Assembly (NCBI RefSeq): GCF_009914755.1
Contig: NC_060930.1
DNA length: 64,000 bases
Direction: 5' to 3' (one strand)
Source of the DNA: the human T2T-CHM13v2.0 reference genome, Homo sapiens
The notes beneath the pieces were generated by a model that saw only the letters and a list, made by a program, of their open reading frames with translations, had not been told where the DNA came from and did not search any database. Of this stretch, positions 1 to 13,837 are shown in pieces. Made by a program: the position numbers and the translations under genes. Numbering within the stretch: the stretch's first letter is position 1; each line of letters starts with the position of its first letter.

Positions 1-304
1 AGTACTCATTTCCATGTATACTTACAAGTCTACCCTTTTAGCTAATTTTAGATAACACGCTACATTCACCTGAAGAATTGTTTATGAAGTTTCAAGCTGT
101 GATGATATCATATCTCAAGTTGGTTTTAAATTATAACCGAAAGAATGTTAATGCTGTCTGTATACTTAAAAGTTCACAAATTCATCTCTCTCCCAGACAG
201 CTGTCATATTTTTCCACTAATATGAATAATAATGCAGATAATATTTTAATCTGATGGCAGTTCTGGTGGCATTAGAAAAAAAGAAACCAATAATACCCAG
301 GATG

Positions 305-324
305 TTTTTTTTTTTTTTTTTTTT
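305..324 (+). repeat. poly(T)20 tract
   Basis: Seen directly. Confidence 0.9.
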
Positions 325-1145
325 GCAAATCATGTATCTGTTGTAAAAATTAAAATATCAGTATTAAAGAAAAAGTTAAACAGAAAACTTGAGCCAAAGT
401 GAGGTTCAAGATATTTGAAGTCAGGTATCTTTTACATTCTCATAATATAAATTTTAAGAGTAGCTTATGCTCTTGTGATTTCTAGCTTAGTAAAGTCTAA
501 GCAATGAGTAGTCTATGGTATTATAAAGAGCAATTCAAATATGACCCCTCAGTCCTCAGATGTTTTCTTTACAAGCCAGGACAGAGAAGTGAAGGATTTG
601 GAAGAAAACACTGTAACTGTTAAAGAAAAATTTCTACAGCAATAAGATACCAGAAAAATCTTACCCCCAAACCAGTTCATTACTACTACATTAGCTAAAA
701 CCAGTATTCAAATTTGAATCAGTCACTATAAAGTTTTTTGGTTATATTTAATCGTGATTTTTGACCCTCTGATAGGTACCAAGGACTGGTGGTTCACAGA
801 TTACTGATATGACACTTTCATGTCAATTTCAAAATTAAGATCTAGTCCTGGCTCAAACCAATTATCCAGCAATATTCTTTAGGGTAAAGCAATTTACCTC
901 AATGCATCTTGGTTTTCTCAAAACCTTTACCTCCTTTTCTCTCTTAGTTCACTGCCTTGCTTCACAGAGAAAATTTGGTCTTGAACCCCTGAACTTCTCA
1001 TTTCCAAACTTATGAAAGAATGGACCTCTCCCACCTATCCTTATGTCTTTACTTCTAGGGTTAGAGGAAGAGGAGCATTCTGTTCAAGATTCATCCCTCA
1101 GTCCCCTTAGGGTTATCCTTAAAGCTCTTCCAAATTCTACCTTCA

Positions 1146-1432
1146 GGCCAGGCCCAACGACTAATGCTTATAATCCCAGCAATTTGGGAGGCTGAGGCAG
1201 GAGGATCACTTGAGTCCAAGAGTTCAAGACCAGCCTGGGCAACACAGTGAGACCTCATCTCTACAAAAAAATAAAAAATTAGCTGGGCGTGGCAGTGCAC
1301 ACCTGTGGTCTCAGCTACCCAGGAGGCTGAGGCAGGAGAACTGCTTAAGTCCAGAAGGTCGAGGCTGCATTGAGCTGTGATGATGCTACTGCACTCAGCT
1401 TGGGTGACAGGGAAGACCCTGCTTCAAAACGA
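1146..1432 (+). mobile_element. Alu (AluJ-like)
   Basis: Dimeric Alu; target-site duplication approximately AAATTCTAC(C/T)TTC. Confidence 0.9.
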
Positions 1433-1599
1433 AAAATTCTACTTTCGAATTCCTACTGGCTATTTCCCTGCAGGTTAGAAGCATAGACCCTTCTATTTTA
1501 GTACAAAAACAAAGAGGAAACAAACCAACTAAAACTCTCCCTCTGATTCCGTTACTTCCTTAAGCTTCGTTAAAAGCTAAACTCCTTGAAAAACAGCAC

Positions 1600-2130
1600 A
1601 CAACTGCAATCCATATATCTGAATCCTTCAGTCTTCAACCGGGTACAACAAAGCTTGTCTCCATGATAAAACTAAATTGGACTTATGGTAACCCTGGACT
1701 TCAAATGATCAAATTCAGCAGATTCACTTAGGCCTCTATCCTTCTATCTTTGTTTCTGGGGAGCCATCTTCTCTTGGTTATCCTGCTATGTCCAGCCATT
1801 CCTCATCAGTGCTATTTGTTAGATCCGCTGAGCTCCTCTTCTTCCTTCACGTCACATAATTACACTGGGCAGAAACATTTGTTTTCATCAATTCATCTGC
1901 CTTCTAATGCTGATGTTTCTTAAATCTAAAACACATCTCCTGATCATTAAGTTCAAAACTAAACTAACCTTTGCCCCACTGTTTACTTTCTTAGGGAAAG
2001 CCATCATTCTCCACCTACTTGCCAAGGCCAGAAAGCTGGGACTCATACTAGATTGCTCACCACGCTCCACATATAGATTACTATAGTTTGTACTACTCTT
2101 CCAGTTAAGCCAGTCTTCCAAATAGTGCCA
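1600..2130 (+). mobile_element. L2 fragment
   Basis: Degenerate match to L2 3' region (gttcaaaactaaac...gccaaggccagaaagctgggactcat). Confidence 0.55.
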
Positions 2131-2144
2131 ACATAATAAATCTT

Positions 2145-2357
2145 TTTTTAAAAACTCTTCTTTTAGGTCCAGGGGTGCATGTGAAGCTTGCACAGGTAAA
2201 CTCGTGTCACAGGGACTTGTATGGATTATTACATCACACGGGTATTAAGTCCAGTCCCCAATAGTTATCTTTTCTGCTCCTCTCTCTCCTCCCACCCTTT
2301 GCCCTCAAGTAGACCTCAGTGTCTGTTGTTTCCTTTTTGTGTTTGTAAGTTCTCATC
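2145..2357 (-). mobile_element. L1PA (older, L1PA15/16-like) 3' end
   Basis: ttttaggtccaggggtgcatgtg...ggtaaactcgtgtcac...cccaatagttatcttttctgctcctctc. Confidence 0.75.
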
Positions 2358-2867
2358 TTAATTTGCAGTTATCCAGTTTTGGAATGCCACGAAAAAATAA
2401 TTATGTTTTTAAAAATTATTTTTTAAAAAAACCTTTCCAAATAATTGAAAAACACTATTCTACTCAAATCTCAAAAATATCCAAATATACGTTTTAAACA
2501 GAAAAATTAAAAAAATATTTTCTCTGGATTCTCTATTTTCTGAACCTTTAAAAAAATGTTTTCAGTGAATAATATGTTCCGAGGTGGATTCGACTACAAT
2601 ATACATTACCACTTTACCTTTACAGCACTCTTCCACTAAACATAACTCAATAAACTTCAACTTGGCTGAATTTATATTCATCTAGGGTAGGTGATGTAAT
2701 ACTTCAAAAAAAAAAAAGATGAAGTTTCCTGGCTTCAAGAAGCTTACAGAGGTGTGTGGAGGGACAGATACATAAAGATTAGAAGCGAAAGCAGTTATTA
2801 TGTAAAATTTAAAGAGACAGAAAAAGAGAGTGTGTGTTATTCCTCCCTGAGGTAATTTATAATCTAA

Positions 2868-3289
2868 TGTCAAAAAGAAAAAAATTAAGCTGAAAGCTAA
2901 GTCATTCAAAGAGTTCCTTTTCTTTTTATTCATAAGCAGATAGCTACAGATAAAAGGTTAAATATCTCCGCAGGTAGCTTTCATGTTCACCTTATCTTTT
3001 GAAAAGTGTCAATTTACTGAGTGTGAGATGAATACATAATTGACTATCCCCCTACATGCATCTTTTCTCTTGCAACTTGAGGATTCAGTAATGTGACCAT
3101 ACCTTTCTTTTCTCCTCCAGCCTGTTTTTTTCCCTTTAAATATTGAAGCCCCCAAAATCATCTTTGGAGAAAGGCAGACCCACAGACTGTGTCTGTGATT
3201 CTTGTTTTTTCTTCTGGGTCCTATCCTTAACCTCAGCAAAATAAACTTCTAAATTGTTGAGACCTGTCTCAGATACTTTTTGGTTTACA
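2868..3289 (+). mobile_element. ERV1 MER4-group solo LTR
   Basis: Ends AATAAACTTCTAAATT...GAGACCTGTCTCAGATACTTTTTGGTTTACA; left boundary approximate. Confidence 0.7.
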
Positions 3290-3299
3290 ATTGTTTCCC

Positions 3300-3650
3300 C
3301 TTGCTTGCTCACTACACTACTTAAGCAAAGTGGTCTTCTTTCTGCTCTTTGAGCATGCCAGTTTTCTTCCTAGATGAGGATTTTTGCAGGACATGACTAG
3401 CTCCTTGTTAAGTGTTTCTCTCAGCAAGGCCTTCTATGACCATCCTCTTGAGAGTAGCTTCCCTTCCCAGTCATTCTTTGTCCCATGAACCTATTTTATT
3501 TTCTTCACATCACTTATTATCTGAAACTACCTTATTTGTTTCCTTTTAAGATTATGTGTCTCTCTACAATAAAAGGTTCTTGTTCACTATTACATTCCAA
3601 GCACTTAGAAAAATACTTGGTAGATACTCAATAAATACTTGCTTAAAGAA
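3300..3650 (+). mobile_element. L2 3' end
   Basis: Ends gatactcaataaatacttgcttaaagaat, resembling the L2 terminus. Confidence 0.65.
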
Positions 3651-3799
3651 TGCTAATGGAAAAAACAAGCGAGCCTTCAACAATATAAAAATACTGTAGA
3701 AGGGCAAAAACTTATGTAACGGACACTTGGGAAAAATTTATTATCCTAGATCTAATAGATGATAAACTGCATAAATACACTCTGTTGTTAAGATTAAAG

Positions 3800-5590
3800 A
3801 TTTTTGACAAGGGTGCCAACACCAGTCAAAGGGCAAAGCACTCTTTTCAATAAGTAGTGCTGAGACAACTGGATAGCCTCATGCAATAGAATGAAAGTGG
3901 ACCTATCCATCATACCATATACAAAAATTAATGCAAAATAATCACAGACCTGAATGTAAGATTTAAAACTATAAAAATCTTAAGAAGAAAACATAGGAGT
4001 AAATCTTTGTGACACAAGGCTAGAAAATGGTTTTTTATTACAACACAAAAAGCACAAGTGACAAAAGAAAAAATAAACTGAACCTCATAAAAAAACCTTT
4101 TTGTTTCAAAAGACATCATTAAGAAAGTGAAAAGACAATCCACAAAATGGGATAAAATATTTGCAAATCATCTAACTCATAAGACACTTGTATCTAGAAT
4201 ATATAAAGAACTTAAAAGTAAACAATAAAAAGACAAAAAATCCCAATTTTAAAACCAGGTGAAATATTTAAACAGACATTTCTCCAGAAAAAAAAGTACA
4301 AATGGCATATAAAAAACGCTCAACATCATTAGTCATAAAGAAAACACAAATCAAAATCACTATGATATAACCACTTTTCACCCACTAGGATGGCTATAAA
4401 GAAGAGAATACAAGTGTTGGTGAGGATGAGAAGAAACTGGAACCTCATTCGTACACTGCTGGTGGAATTCGAAAATGGTTCACATGCTCTGGAAAAAGTT
4501 TTGGGAGTTCTTCAAAGTGTCAAACATAGTTACCATATTACCCAACAGTTCCACTCCTAGATACATATCCCATAGAAATGAGAATATATATCCACACCAA
4601 AACTTATACACACAATGTTTGTAGGAGTATTATCTTAATAGCTAAAAAGTAGAAACAACCCAAATGTTCATAAACTGATCAAATATAACAATACGTAACC
4701 TATTCATACAATGAAATCTTATTTGGCAATAAAAAGTAGTGCAGTTGACCCTTGAACAACATGAGTTTGAACTGTGCAGGTCCACCTATAGGTGGATTTT
4801 TTTTCAGTAAGTTACACCAAGAGTGCCTGCCTCTCCTGCCTCCCCTTCCCACTTCTCCACCTCTTCTGCCTCTGCCCCCAGTGAAATAGCAAGACCAAAC
4901 CCTCATTTTCCTCCTCAGGCTATTCAATGTGAAGACAAAGGAAGACCTCTATGATGATTCACTTTGCTTAATGAATAGTAAATGTACATCCTCTTCCTTT
5001 TAATTTTCTTAATAACATTTTCTGTTCTCTGGCTTACTTTAAGAATATAGTATATAATACACATAACACATAAAATATGTGTTAACTGTTTACATTATCA
5101 GTAAGGCTTCCAGTCAACAGCAGGCGATGAGTACTTATTTTTTTGGGGAGTCAAAAGTTATACATTAATTTTTGACTGCACAGGTGGTTGGTCCCCCTAA
5201 TCCCTGTGTTGTTCACTGATATATGTTACAAATAGAGGAATCCTGAAAACGTTATTTTGAGTAAAAGAAGTCAGTTATAAATGACTACATACCATCTGAC
5301 TCCATTTATATGAAATGTTCAGATTAGACAAATCTATAAAGTATATTAATGGCTGCCAGGAATTTGGGGTATGTTCCAAGAGTTTGTATTTGGAGTGTGT
5401 ATGTGTAGGAATTGGGAATGACTGCTAAGAGATATGGGGCTTCATTCAGGGGTGATGAAAAACTCTAAAATCAGATAGTAGGGATGGCTGCAAAACTTTG
5501 TGAATATGGTAAAAACCAGTGAACTGTATATTTTAAAAGAGTGGGCATTACGGTATATAAATTATAGCTCAATAAAACTATTATAAAAAA
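3800..5590 (+). mobile_element. L1M (L1MB-like) ORF2 end and 3' UTR, interrupted by Tigger2a
   Basis: gacaagggtgccaa...acaactggata...; ends aataaaactattataaaaaa. Confidence 0.85.
4742..5218 (+). mobile_element. Tigger2a-like DNA transposon
   Basis: Starts CAGTTGACCCTTGAACAAC; right terminal inverted repeat partly deleted (ttgttcactg). Confidence 0.8.
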
Positions 5591-6609
5591 AGAATAACTG
5601 AAGATACTAGTAAGGTTAATTTTTCCAGACACTGATTCATTTCCAAATTAATCATTTTTTCAATGAGTATTTATTCTACCTTTATTAAATACTAGGGATA
5701 TGAAGATGAATGGCATGATCCTTCACCCTTGGGGAGTTTCCAGATTAGTAGAGGCTGTTCTCCATAAAGCCTTGCTCAATCTGTGCAGGACACTTTATTC
5801 TCTGGACATTCAGACAGCATTCCAAAAGAAGAGTATGCAGTACATTTGTTAAATAAAGAGAAATAGCTTTGAATTGCTAGTCAGAAAATAAATTGTATTT
5901 TTGCCTCTGATTTTATACACAATGAGTACTTCAGAAGGTTTAGTAATCTTGGAGCTACAATCATTACACCAATCATTGCTATCAGGAACGTTTCCTGAAC
6001 ATCTGCAGTACAAGTCAGAATATAGCTTGTTCTCTTTTCCCCCCTCGTCTTCCTTCCCCTTGTCTATATTCCATATCCTGTTGACTTGTGATAATTAGGT
6101 ATAAAAGTGATGGGTTCTGTGACTGATGCTGGACAGCTCAGTGATGGGGTAAGTCTTGTATTTTCTGACATGTTCCTCCCTCCCTAACATGCCCCATCAG
6201 GAAAGCGACAATAGCCTATTGCATTCCAAGTGCCTACTACCAAATGGTAGTAGGTGCCCACTGAATTAAAAAAAAAAAAAAATTCCATTGCACTGACATT
6301 ATATGAAGCAGTCTCTAAATATACTAACATTCTAATTCTTTCCTTCTGGATGTTTTACCTTCTCTTTGTGATATGTAATTATATTTGTTAAATGAATAGA
6401 CGTCTAATTATTCAACTGAATTTTGGGAGTGGACAGAAGAGGGAAGGATGAACTCATGTTGCCATTCCAACTCCTTATTTTCCCAACACCTAAATTAAAA
6501 GTTACACATAAAATAACCTTGCTTGTAAAAGAGGAAAGCTGCTGTGTTGAAAGCATATAAGATACAATTTAGTTGAAATTGTTTACTAATCGAGAGCCTT
6601 TTTGTACAC

Positions 6610-6775
6610 TACCATTTTTAGACTAACTTGGGACCTTGGGCAAATCACTCAACCTGAATAAACTTCAGTCTCCTCCTTTCTAAAATTGGAATAACAATTA
6701 TATCTAATCCATCTCTCAGGATTATTATACAGTATAGTTAAATGAGAAAAGAAATGTGAAAGACTTATAAATGAA
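6610..6775 (+). mobile_element. MIR
   Basis: MIR core gaccttgggcaaatcactcaacct...cagtctcctcctttctaaaattgg. Confidence 0.7.
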
Positions 6776-7194
6776 GGAGAGCATTATCAGTACAATAAAT
6801 CATTTATGTACAGCTTGCATGCATTTCAATGCTTATACAGTTTACTCAGCATATACCTACTGGAACTATATTGACCGGTGTCTTATACAAATTAAATATC
6901 ATATAAAATTTTTCTCAGAGAATGACATGACCTTGTTGATCCTTTACTGAAAGTATCTCCATCACTTAGTATTCTTAAATCTTTAAAAATGTGAAGCTAC
7001 TTGCTAAATGATCACCCTTACTAAATTATCAGCTTCCAGTATTGTAATTCTGTGATAAAGCTGAGCTCCAATAATGAAAGTACACATCAGATTAACTCTT
7101 ATAAAGGTTCCAAACTCTATGAATGGTGCATTCCAGTTCTTTGGAGCATCACTATACCTTTGAAGTTATCTTCCTGGTAATAAAAACTACTTAC

Positions 7195-7221
7195 TTTTGC
7201 AGCACAGGAACGTATCACCTC
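7195..7221 (-). CDS. AHI1: AHI1 27-nt micro-exon (EVIRSCAAK), phase 0 to 0
   Basis: TTTCTTTTAG|GAGGTGATACGTTCCTGTGCTGCAAAA|GTAAGT; continues the recalled Jouberin sequence ...ETVT-EVIRSCAAK. Confidence 0.94.
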
Positions 7222-7821
7222 CTAAAAGAAATACAATAAAATAAGGAAGTATTCATAATTTCATTAAATATTGACTGTTTGCAAAACACTCAGATGTTTA
7301 TCTTCTAATAACCTAAATCAGCATTTGGAAGTTTCTTTATCCATTATCCTGCCGTTGTCACTCTGCATTGTTTCCAATGAAAGAGACTTAATGACATGTT
7401 CAAGGTAAATCTAACTTGCCCAAACAAATGGCACTGTGAAACTCCCGAGGGCTCACAGGTTATCTGCCTCAAGAAAAACTTGCTCTTCAATCAATAGAAT
7501 AAAATTCTATACTAGAACACTAACAGGTGTAAAAGACACATGCTGAGTTAAATGCAATATATAATTATCTCTATAAATAATAATAGCCATAACTATCATT
7601 CCCATATTATTTGTATCAGATGAAATCTAATATTAAATAGTAAATACTACTAAATGATAAAATATATGACTATTATTGAAAGAGCTACAGAAAGGAACTC
7701 TGTACAATTCATGGTACAAGGCCAAGAAAAGATCATTTTGAAAGAGAAACTAGTAAAAGTCGATGTATTATGGACAATTTGAAAATCTGCTGCTAAGGAG
7801 AGAGTAAAAATACTCAAGTCT

Positions 7822-8204
<383 letters not shown>

Positions 8205-8267
8205 CTAGTACAGTGCTAGTGAAAAATGGTCATAATCAACATGGAGTTTAGGAAAAAAAAGAACTGA

Positions 8268-9371
8268 AAAAAATAGATACTTCTCAGTTATTGGGAGCAT
8301 TACCATTTAGTCATAATATAAATCATTTAATTATTTATCAGCATACTTGACTGCATGTTGCTGCCACAGCAATACCTAAAAGCATTCTGCAACCTAGGTA
8401 AGACCTCACAGGTGGACAGTACCTTGAGAACATCGGTATATCTCATTCTAAGTTTTTAGATCCAGAAATTTGATTTTATCAGTGCATCCACAGTTGCTCA
8501 AAATCTGGAATACCTATTAATTTTTTTATCTATAAATTTCTAAGAGCCAGATACTGTATCTAAAGCGTATCAGTAATTCAGTCACTAAAAGGAGACAGTT
8601 AAACTGACTGTGGACATGGGAGTCCAACTACCTGGGCTGAATCCCAGCTCCAGTGCTTACTACTTGTGTGATCTTGGTTATGTGGCTTGATCTCTGTAAG
8701 CCTCAAAATCCTCTTCTGGAAAATGGGAATAATACTCAACCCTATAGGATGGTTTGAGAATTAAATACAATAAAATGTAAAGCCTTTAGCACAGTGCCAG
8801 AAATATATCAATTATTACTAATAATTAAGCAGATGTTAGTTATCATTAATCAATATATACGGTGGTATCTCCTGTGGGGTAGAGAAAATTAATCTTTTTT
8901 CAAAATTGGCATAAAACATTTTCGAACCCATTCAATCCATACTCCTATGGCTCTACTTAGCAATCAACTCTGTGATCATTAGCCTGGGCTTCAGGTTAAA
9001 TTTAGACAGGATGAGATCTTGAGTGTTCAGGCTGCCAGAATGGTCTACCTTTTATTATATTATAAGGTGTATTTTCATGGATTCTCATTTGTTAATCAAC
9101 TTTTTGTAGGATTGATTAATCTTAATAGATACTACAGATTCTGAGCAACCCTGGATGCACTGATAAAATCAAATTTCTGGATCTGAAAACTTAGAATGAG
9201 ATTTACCAACGCTCTCAAGATACCCGTGAAGTCTTACCTGGGTTGCAGAATGCTGTTAGGTATTGCTGTGGCAGCAACATGCAGTCAAGTATGCTAATTA
9301 TGAAATAATTAAGTGATTTATATTATGACTAAATGGTAATGCTCCCAATAACCGACAATTATCTATTTTTT
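8268..9371. repeat. Long inverted repeat: arms 8268-8520 and 9122-9371, ~600-bp spacer
   Basis: Hand alignment gives about 20 substitutions and 2 small indels over ~250 bp. Confidence 0.95.
8600..8840 (+). mobile_element. MIR (inside the spacer of the inverted repeat)
   Basis: ctgggctgaatcccagctcc...tgtgtgatcttgg...aaaatgggaataata...agcacagtgcc. Confidence 0.8.
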
Positions 9372-9975
9372 GTATCTTTTACTCATTAATGCCTAAACAC
9401 CTATTATATACCTGCTGAACTGAATTTATTATGCAATTCACTCACACATACCCCACAAAAATTACACCCTAAACCTGTACCATAATTTATTAGAAAAACA
9501 TTCCTATTGTAATAAAAAATAAATAAAAAAAGGAATTTGGGGTCTACTGAAATAAATGGCAAGAAACGAGAAAAGGCATAATGACAAAAGGTGGGAATTC
9601 AGTCAACCTAAATGTTTGCACAATATAGAATGAGGCTGCCATGGGAATAAAGACGACACTTTGTTTTTATTCCCATACATACTATGTACATTCTGAAAGA
9701 AAATACATTGCAGATAGCATCAGAAAAATAAATTCAGTGAATTCTCTCAACAAAGGAAAAATAATGGTTTTTAAAAACCAAAGCAAAACTTTCATTTCCA
9801 AAGGCAGCTTCTATCTACCTCAATACCAAAGCAGACATATTCTCTAAATAATTTTAAAAAGAAATGATATGCTAAAAGCTAAATAAAGTAATAATTCAAA
9901 GTAAATTTTTTTATAATAAATTATCAATTTGCTTCTCTCTTGCGTTTGATTTCATTTCTTAAAAAACATTTTTCT

Positions 9976-10313
<338 letters not shown>

Positions 10314-12209
10314 TTACATCTACTTTCTTTAGTTCTTACATCCTTTCATTTATCTGAGGATGACAGGTATATAAAATGAAATTAGAAAAAAGCTACAAGA
10401 CTTAGTTGATTCCAGGATGTTAAGTTTTACAGAATAAAGACGGATAGACTGTAGGAAACTTGTTTTTATAAATCTGTTGGTGAGTTGTTTTTATGCCTGT
10501 AGATGAAGTTACTTTGCCATGCAAGTTTTTAGACAAGGAACACATTTTCTTTTTTTTCCTAGTGAAGAAATATGTTTCTCTTCATCTTTAAAGCTCAATG
10601 TATCTATTCAGACTTCCTTTTAAAATCTGGAACAGCATGCATTATTTGATTATATTAAAAATGTTAAAATACAAAGAACTGCAATATTGAAATAAATTTA
10701 TTAATTTATAGTTATATATTCTAAAAGTTAACTAAGAAATATATATACTTTTCTATATTCCTACATTTATTCTGGGTTTAGGTTAAATCTAAACCCAGAG
10801 ATGGAATGTAATCTGCATCCTGATACACCTTCAAGTCTCTAACTTTAGAAAGAAGAGAGAGGAAGAGAGCATAGTCAGAACTAAAGCTGTCTCAATGTAG
10901 TTCCTTGTATAGTTTAAAACTAATCAAGATATCTATCAAGGAAGCAAGAAAAGGGATAACATTTATTAAAGAAGGTAAGAATAAAACAATGAACAAGGGT
11001 GCACAGCCCCTGTCTTCAAGGAGCTCAAAGTAATTCTAATAAAAGGACTTCCACTTAATTCTACTAGAAGTATGGTCAAAGATATTTCTCAGGATGCTTA
11101 GGCTTCTTACTACATTTGACCATTTATCTTTGAGAAAAATTTTCTAGGAATTTTCACTAACAGAATGCTACACTACCTTTAACAAAGCATCTTCCTCCTC
11201 ATCATTTTCATGATCTATTTTCCAATTTTATGGGAAATACCTGGTTTATGTGGTACTTTTCTTATGAGTAGTGAGATAGAACTTTTAAAATATGCCTATG
11301 AAACATTTCTATCTCCTCCTTTTAGAAGAACAGTTTATTTCTTTCACTCATTTCTTTGTTAAAGATTTACTATTTTTCTTCACTGTTTAATTATTTGCAT
11401 GTTAAAAGGGCTGTTTCTTTAATACATTTTATATAAACATTTCCCCAGGCTGGTGTTTGTTGCACATATATGTGTGTGTTTGTATGTTTTGTATATACAC
11501 ACAAATATACACATCCTTATATTTTTAAACAGAGAAATTTAAAATTCTATGTCAATAATCTATTAATATTTTGGGAGAGGATCTTCCACTGCTTTTAAAA
11601 TTAGTATGTTTTCATTCATTTGAGAAATAATTGCAAGTGTATTTCCCTAGTTTTTAAAAAGATCTGGATTTTCATATTTAACTCCTTGGTAAATGAGAAT
11701 TTGATTTAGGTGAGTGACCTAAGATATATATGTAAATGGACTGTATTTTTCAGTTAACTCATAGTTAACAAGGTTTCCCAACACCATACAAGGGAACAAT
11801 TCTTCCTTTCCCCACTGATTTATCTTTCTATCTTAGTGAATTTCAATTATACTACTAGTATTATTTCAGCTTCATTATTACTTTGGCTCTCATGGAGAAG
11901 TTCGAAGGTAGCTTAGTTCCTATGTAGATAACCAGTCTTTTTTTCTCCCCCCCATTATATCTATGATTTTTCTTTAAGAAATCTTTAAAAATCAAGCGAT
12001 TTCACTAGGATATTTCTAAGATACTGGCATCTTTTCATTAATTGGTCTGGTAATAGATACTTTCATTTTATAGATTTTGGGACTTTAGCACAGGAAGGCC
12101 TTTTGTATTTGATCTTTGTTATCTCTTTTCACACATGCTGGTCTCTTCTTTAACAACACTGATCAACTATATGCACAATCTATCTCATATTCATCTCTTC
12201 TCTCATTAT

Positions 12210-12770
12210 CAACAATAATAACTAACATTTATCAGTGGCACTATGTATCAGACACCCTGTTAAGAGGTTTACTTTTAGGGTCTTACTGAATCTTAAAAAT
12301 CCTGTAAGGTAAGAAATACTACAATCCCCATAATGGCTCATGCCTGAAATCCCAATACTCTGGGAGGCTGAGGCAAGAGCACTGCTGACTGCTTGAGGCT
12401 AGGAGTTGGAGACCAGCCTGGGCTACATACCAAGACCCTGTCTCTACAAAAAAAATTTTTTTAATTAGCCAGGCCTGGTGGTGTGTGCCTACAGTCCCAG
12501 CTACTCAAGAGTCAGAGGCAGGAGAATTGCTTGAGCCCAGGCGTTCGAGACTGCAGTGAGCAATGATCACACCACTGCATTCCAACCTGGGCCACAAAGT
12601 GAGACCCTGTCTCTAAATTAAAACAAAACAAAACAACCAAAAACCACCTCATTTTATAGATGAGGAAAACTAGGTTTACTTAAACTTCTCCAGTCAAAAA
12701 GCTGGCACAGGTTGGAGCCTATGCCATTCCTATGCCTAAGCAGCTGGACCCCAGAGCTACACTCTAAACC
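12210..12770 (-). mobile_element. MIR split by an Alu insertion
   Basis: taacatttat...cactatgt...aatcccca then [Alu] then cattttatagatgaggaaaac. Confidence 0.65.
12335..12640 (+). mobile_element. AluJ-like, slightly 5' truncated
   Basis: Alu dimer with (AAAAC)n tail. Confidence 0.9.
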
Positions 12771-13089
12771 ATAGTTTTCACCTATCTCTTTTTTTCTGTA
12801 TTCTTGCGTGCTTCTGAAATTAGTTCTCTACGCTACACTATTGATCTGGTATTTTAAAGTGTCAACTTTCTCTTTTACCATTTGCAATGTGGAATTAATT
12901 GAAGCTTACCTTTTGATTTTCTTTAAATTCATTTTATCTTAGATGTCTTTCTAAAATCAAAATCTTGGGACTCTCATCTCTTCATTAATAGAAATTCTGT
13001 TTTCTTCTATTTTACTGAGAACACACTCTAAATATTCTGTTTCTTATAGCAAAGCATTTTAAGATACGCTTTGCCTTTACTTATTTTCC

Positions 13090-13252
13090 TTTTTTGGGGA
13101 AGCAGGGACACAGTCTCATTTTGTCACCCAGGCTGGAGTGCAGTGGCAGGATCTCGCCTCACTGAAACCTCTGCCTGTCTGGTTCAAGTGATTCTTGTGC
13201 CTCAGCCACCTGAGTGGCTGAGATTACAGGTGTACGCCACCATGCTGGGCTG
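13090..13252 (-). mobile_element. Alu right monomer
   Basis: cccaggctggagtgcagtggc...gattacaggtgtacgccaccatg. Confidence 0.85.
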
Positions 13253-13525
13253 ATAAAGTCACAGCTTCTCTTTCTTTCCTAGGAGATGGAGTCATACCTG
13301 TATGCTAAGTCCTAGGTGTGGTCATCTGGTTCAGAGCCCTCCCTTATCACTAGGTGCTGGGCTAGCCTTTACAGAGATATCAAGTCAGAACAGCATGATA
13401 GATTATCCTAAATTCAGGTTGTCTGTTGCAATTAAGGTTTTAGGAATAAGTACCTGAAAGGAACCATAAAAGTATAGGAAGGTCTAATTTTAAGTAATTA
13501 ACTTACTTCATTAAATGAATATTTA

Positions 13526-13837
<312 letters not shown>

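Noticed and set aside
13448-13480. TTCCTTTCAG|GTACTT as a possible recursive splice site
   Set aside because: The regenerated donor GTACTT is poor and lies only ~140 nt from the upstream donor.
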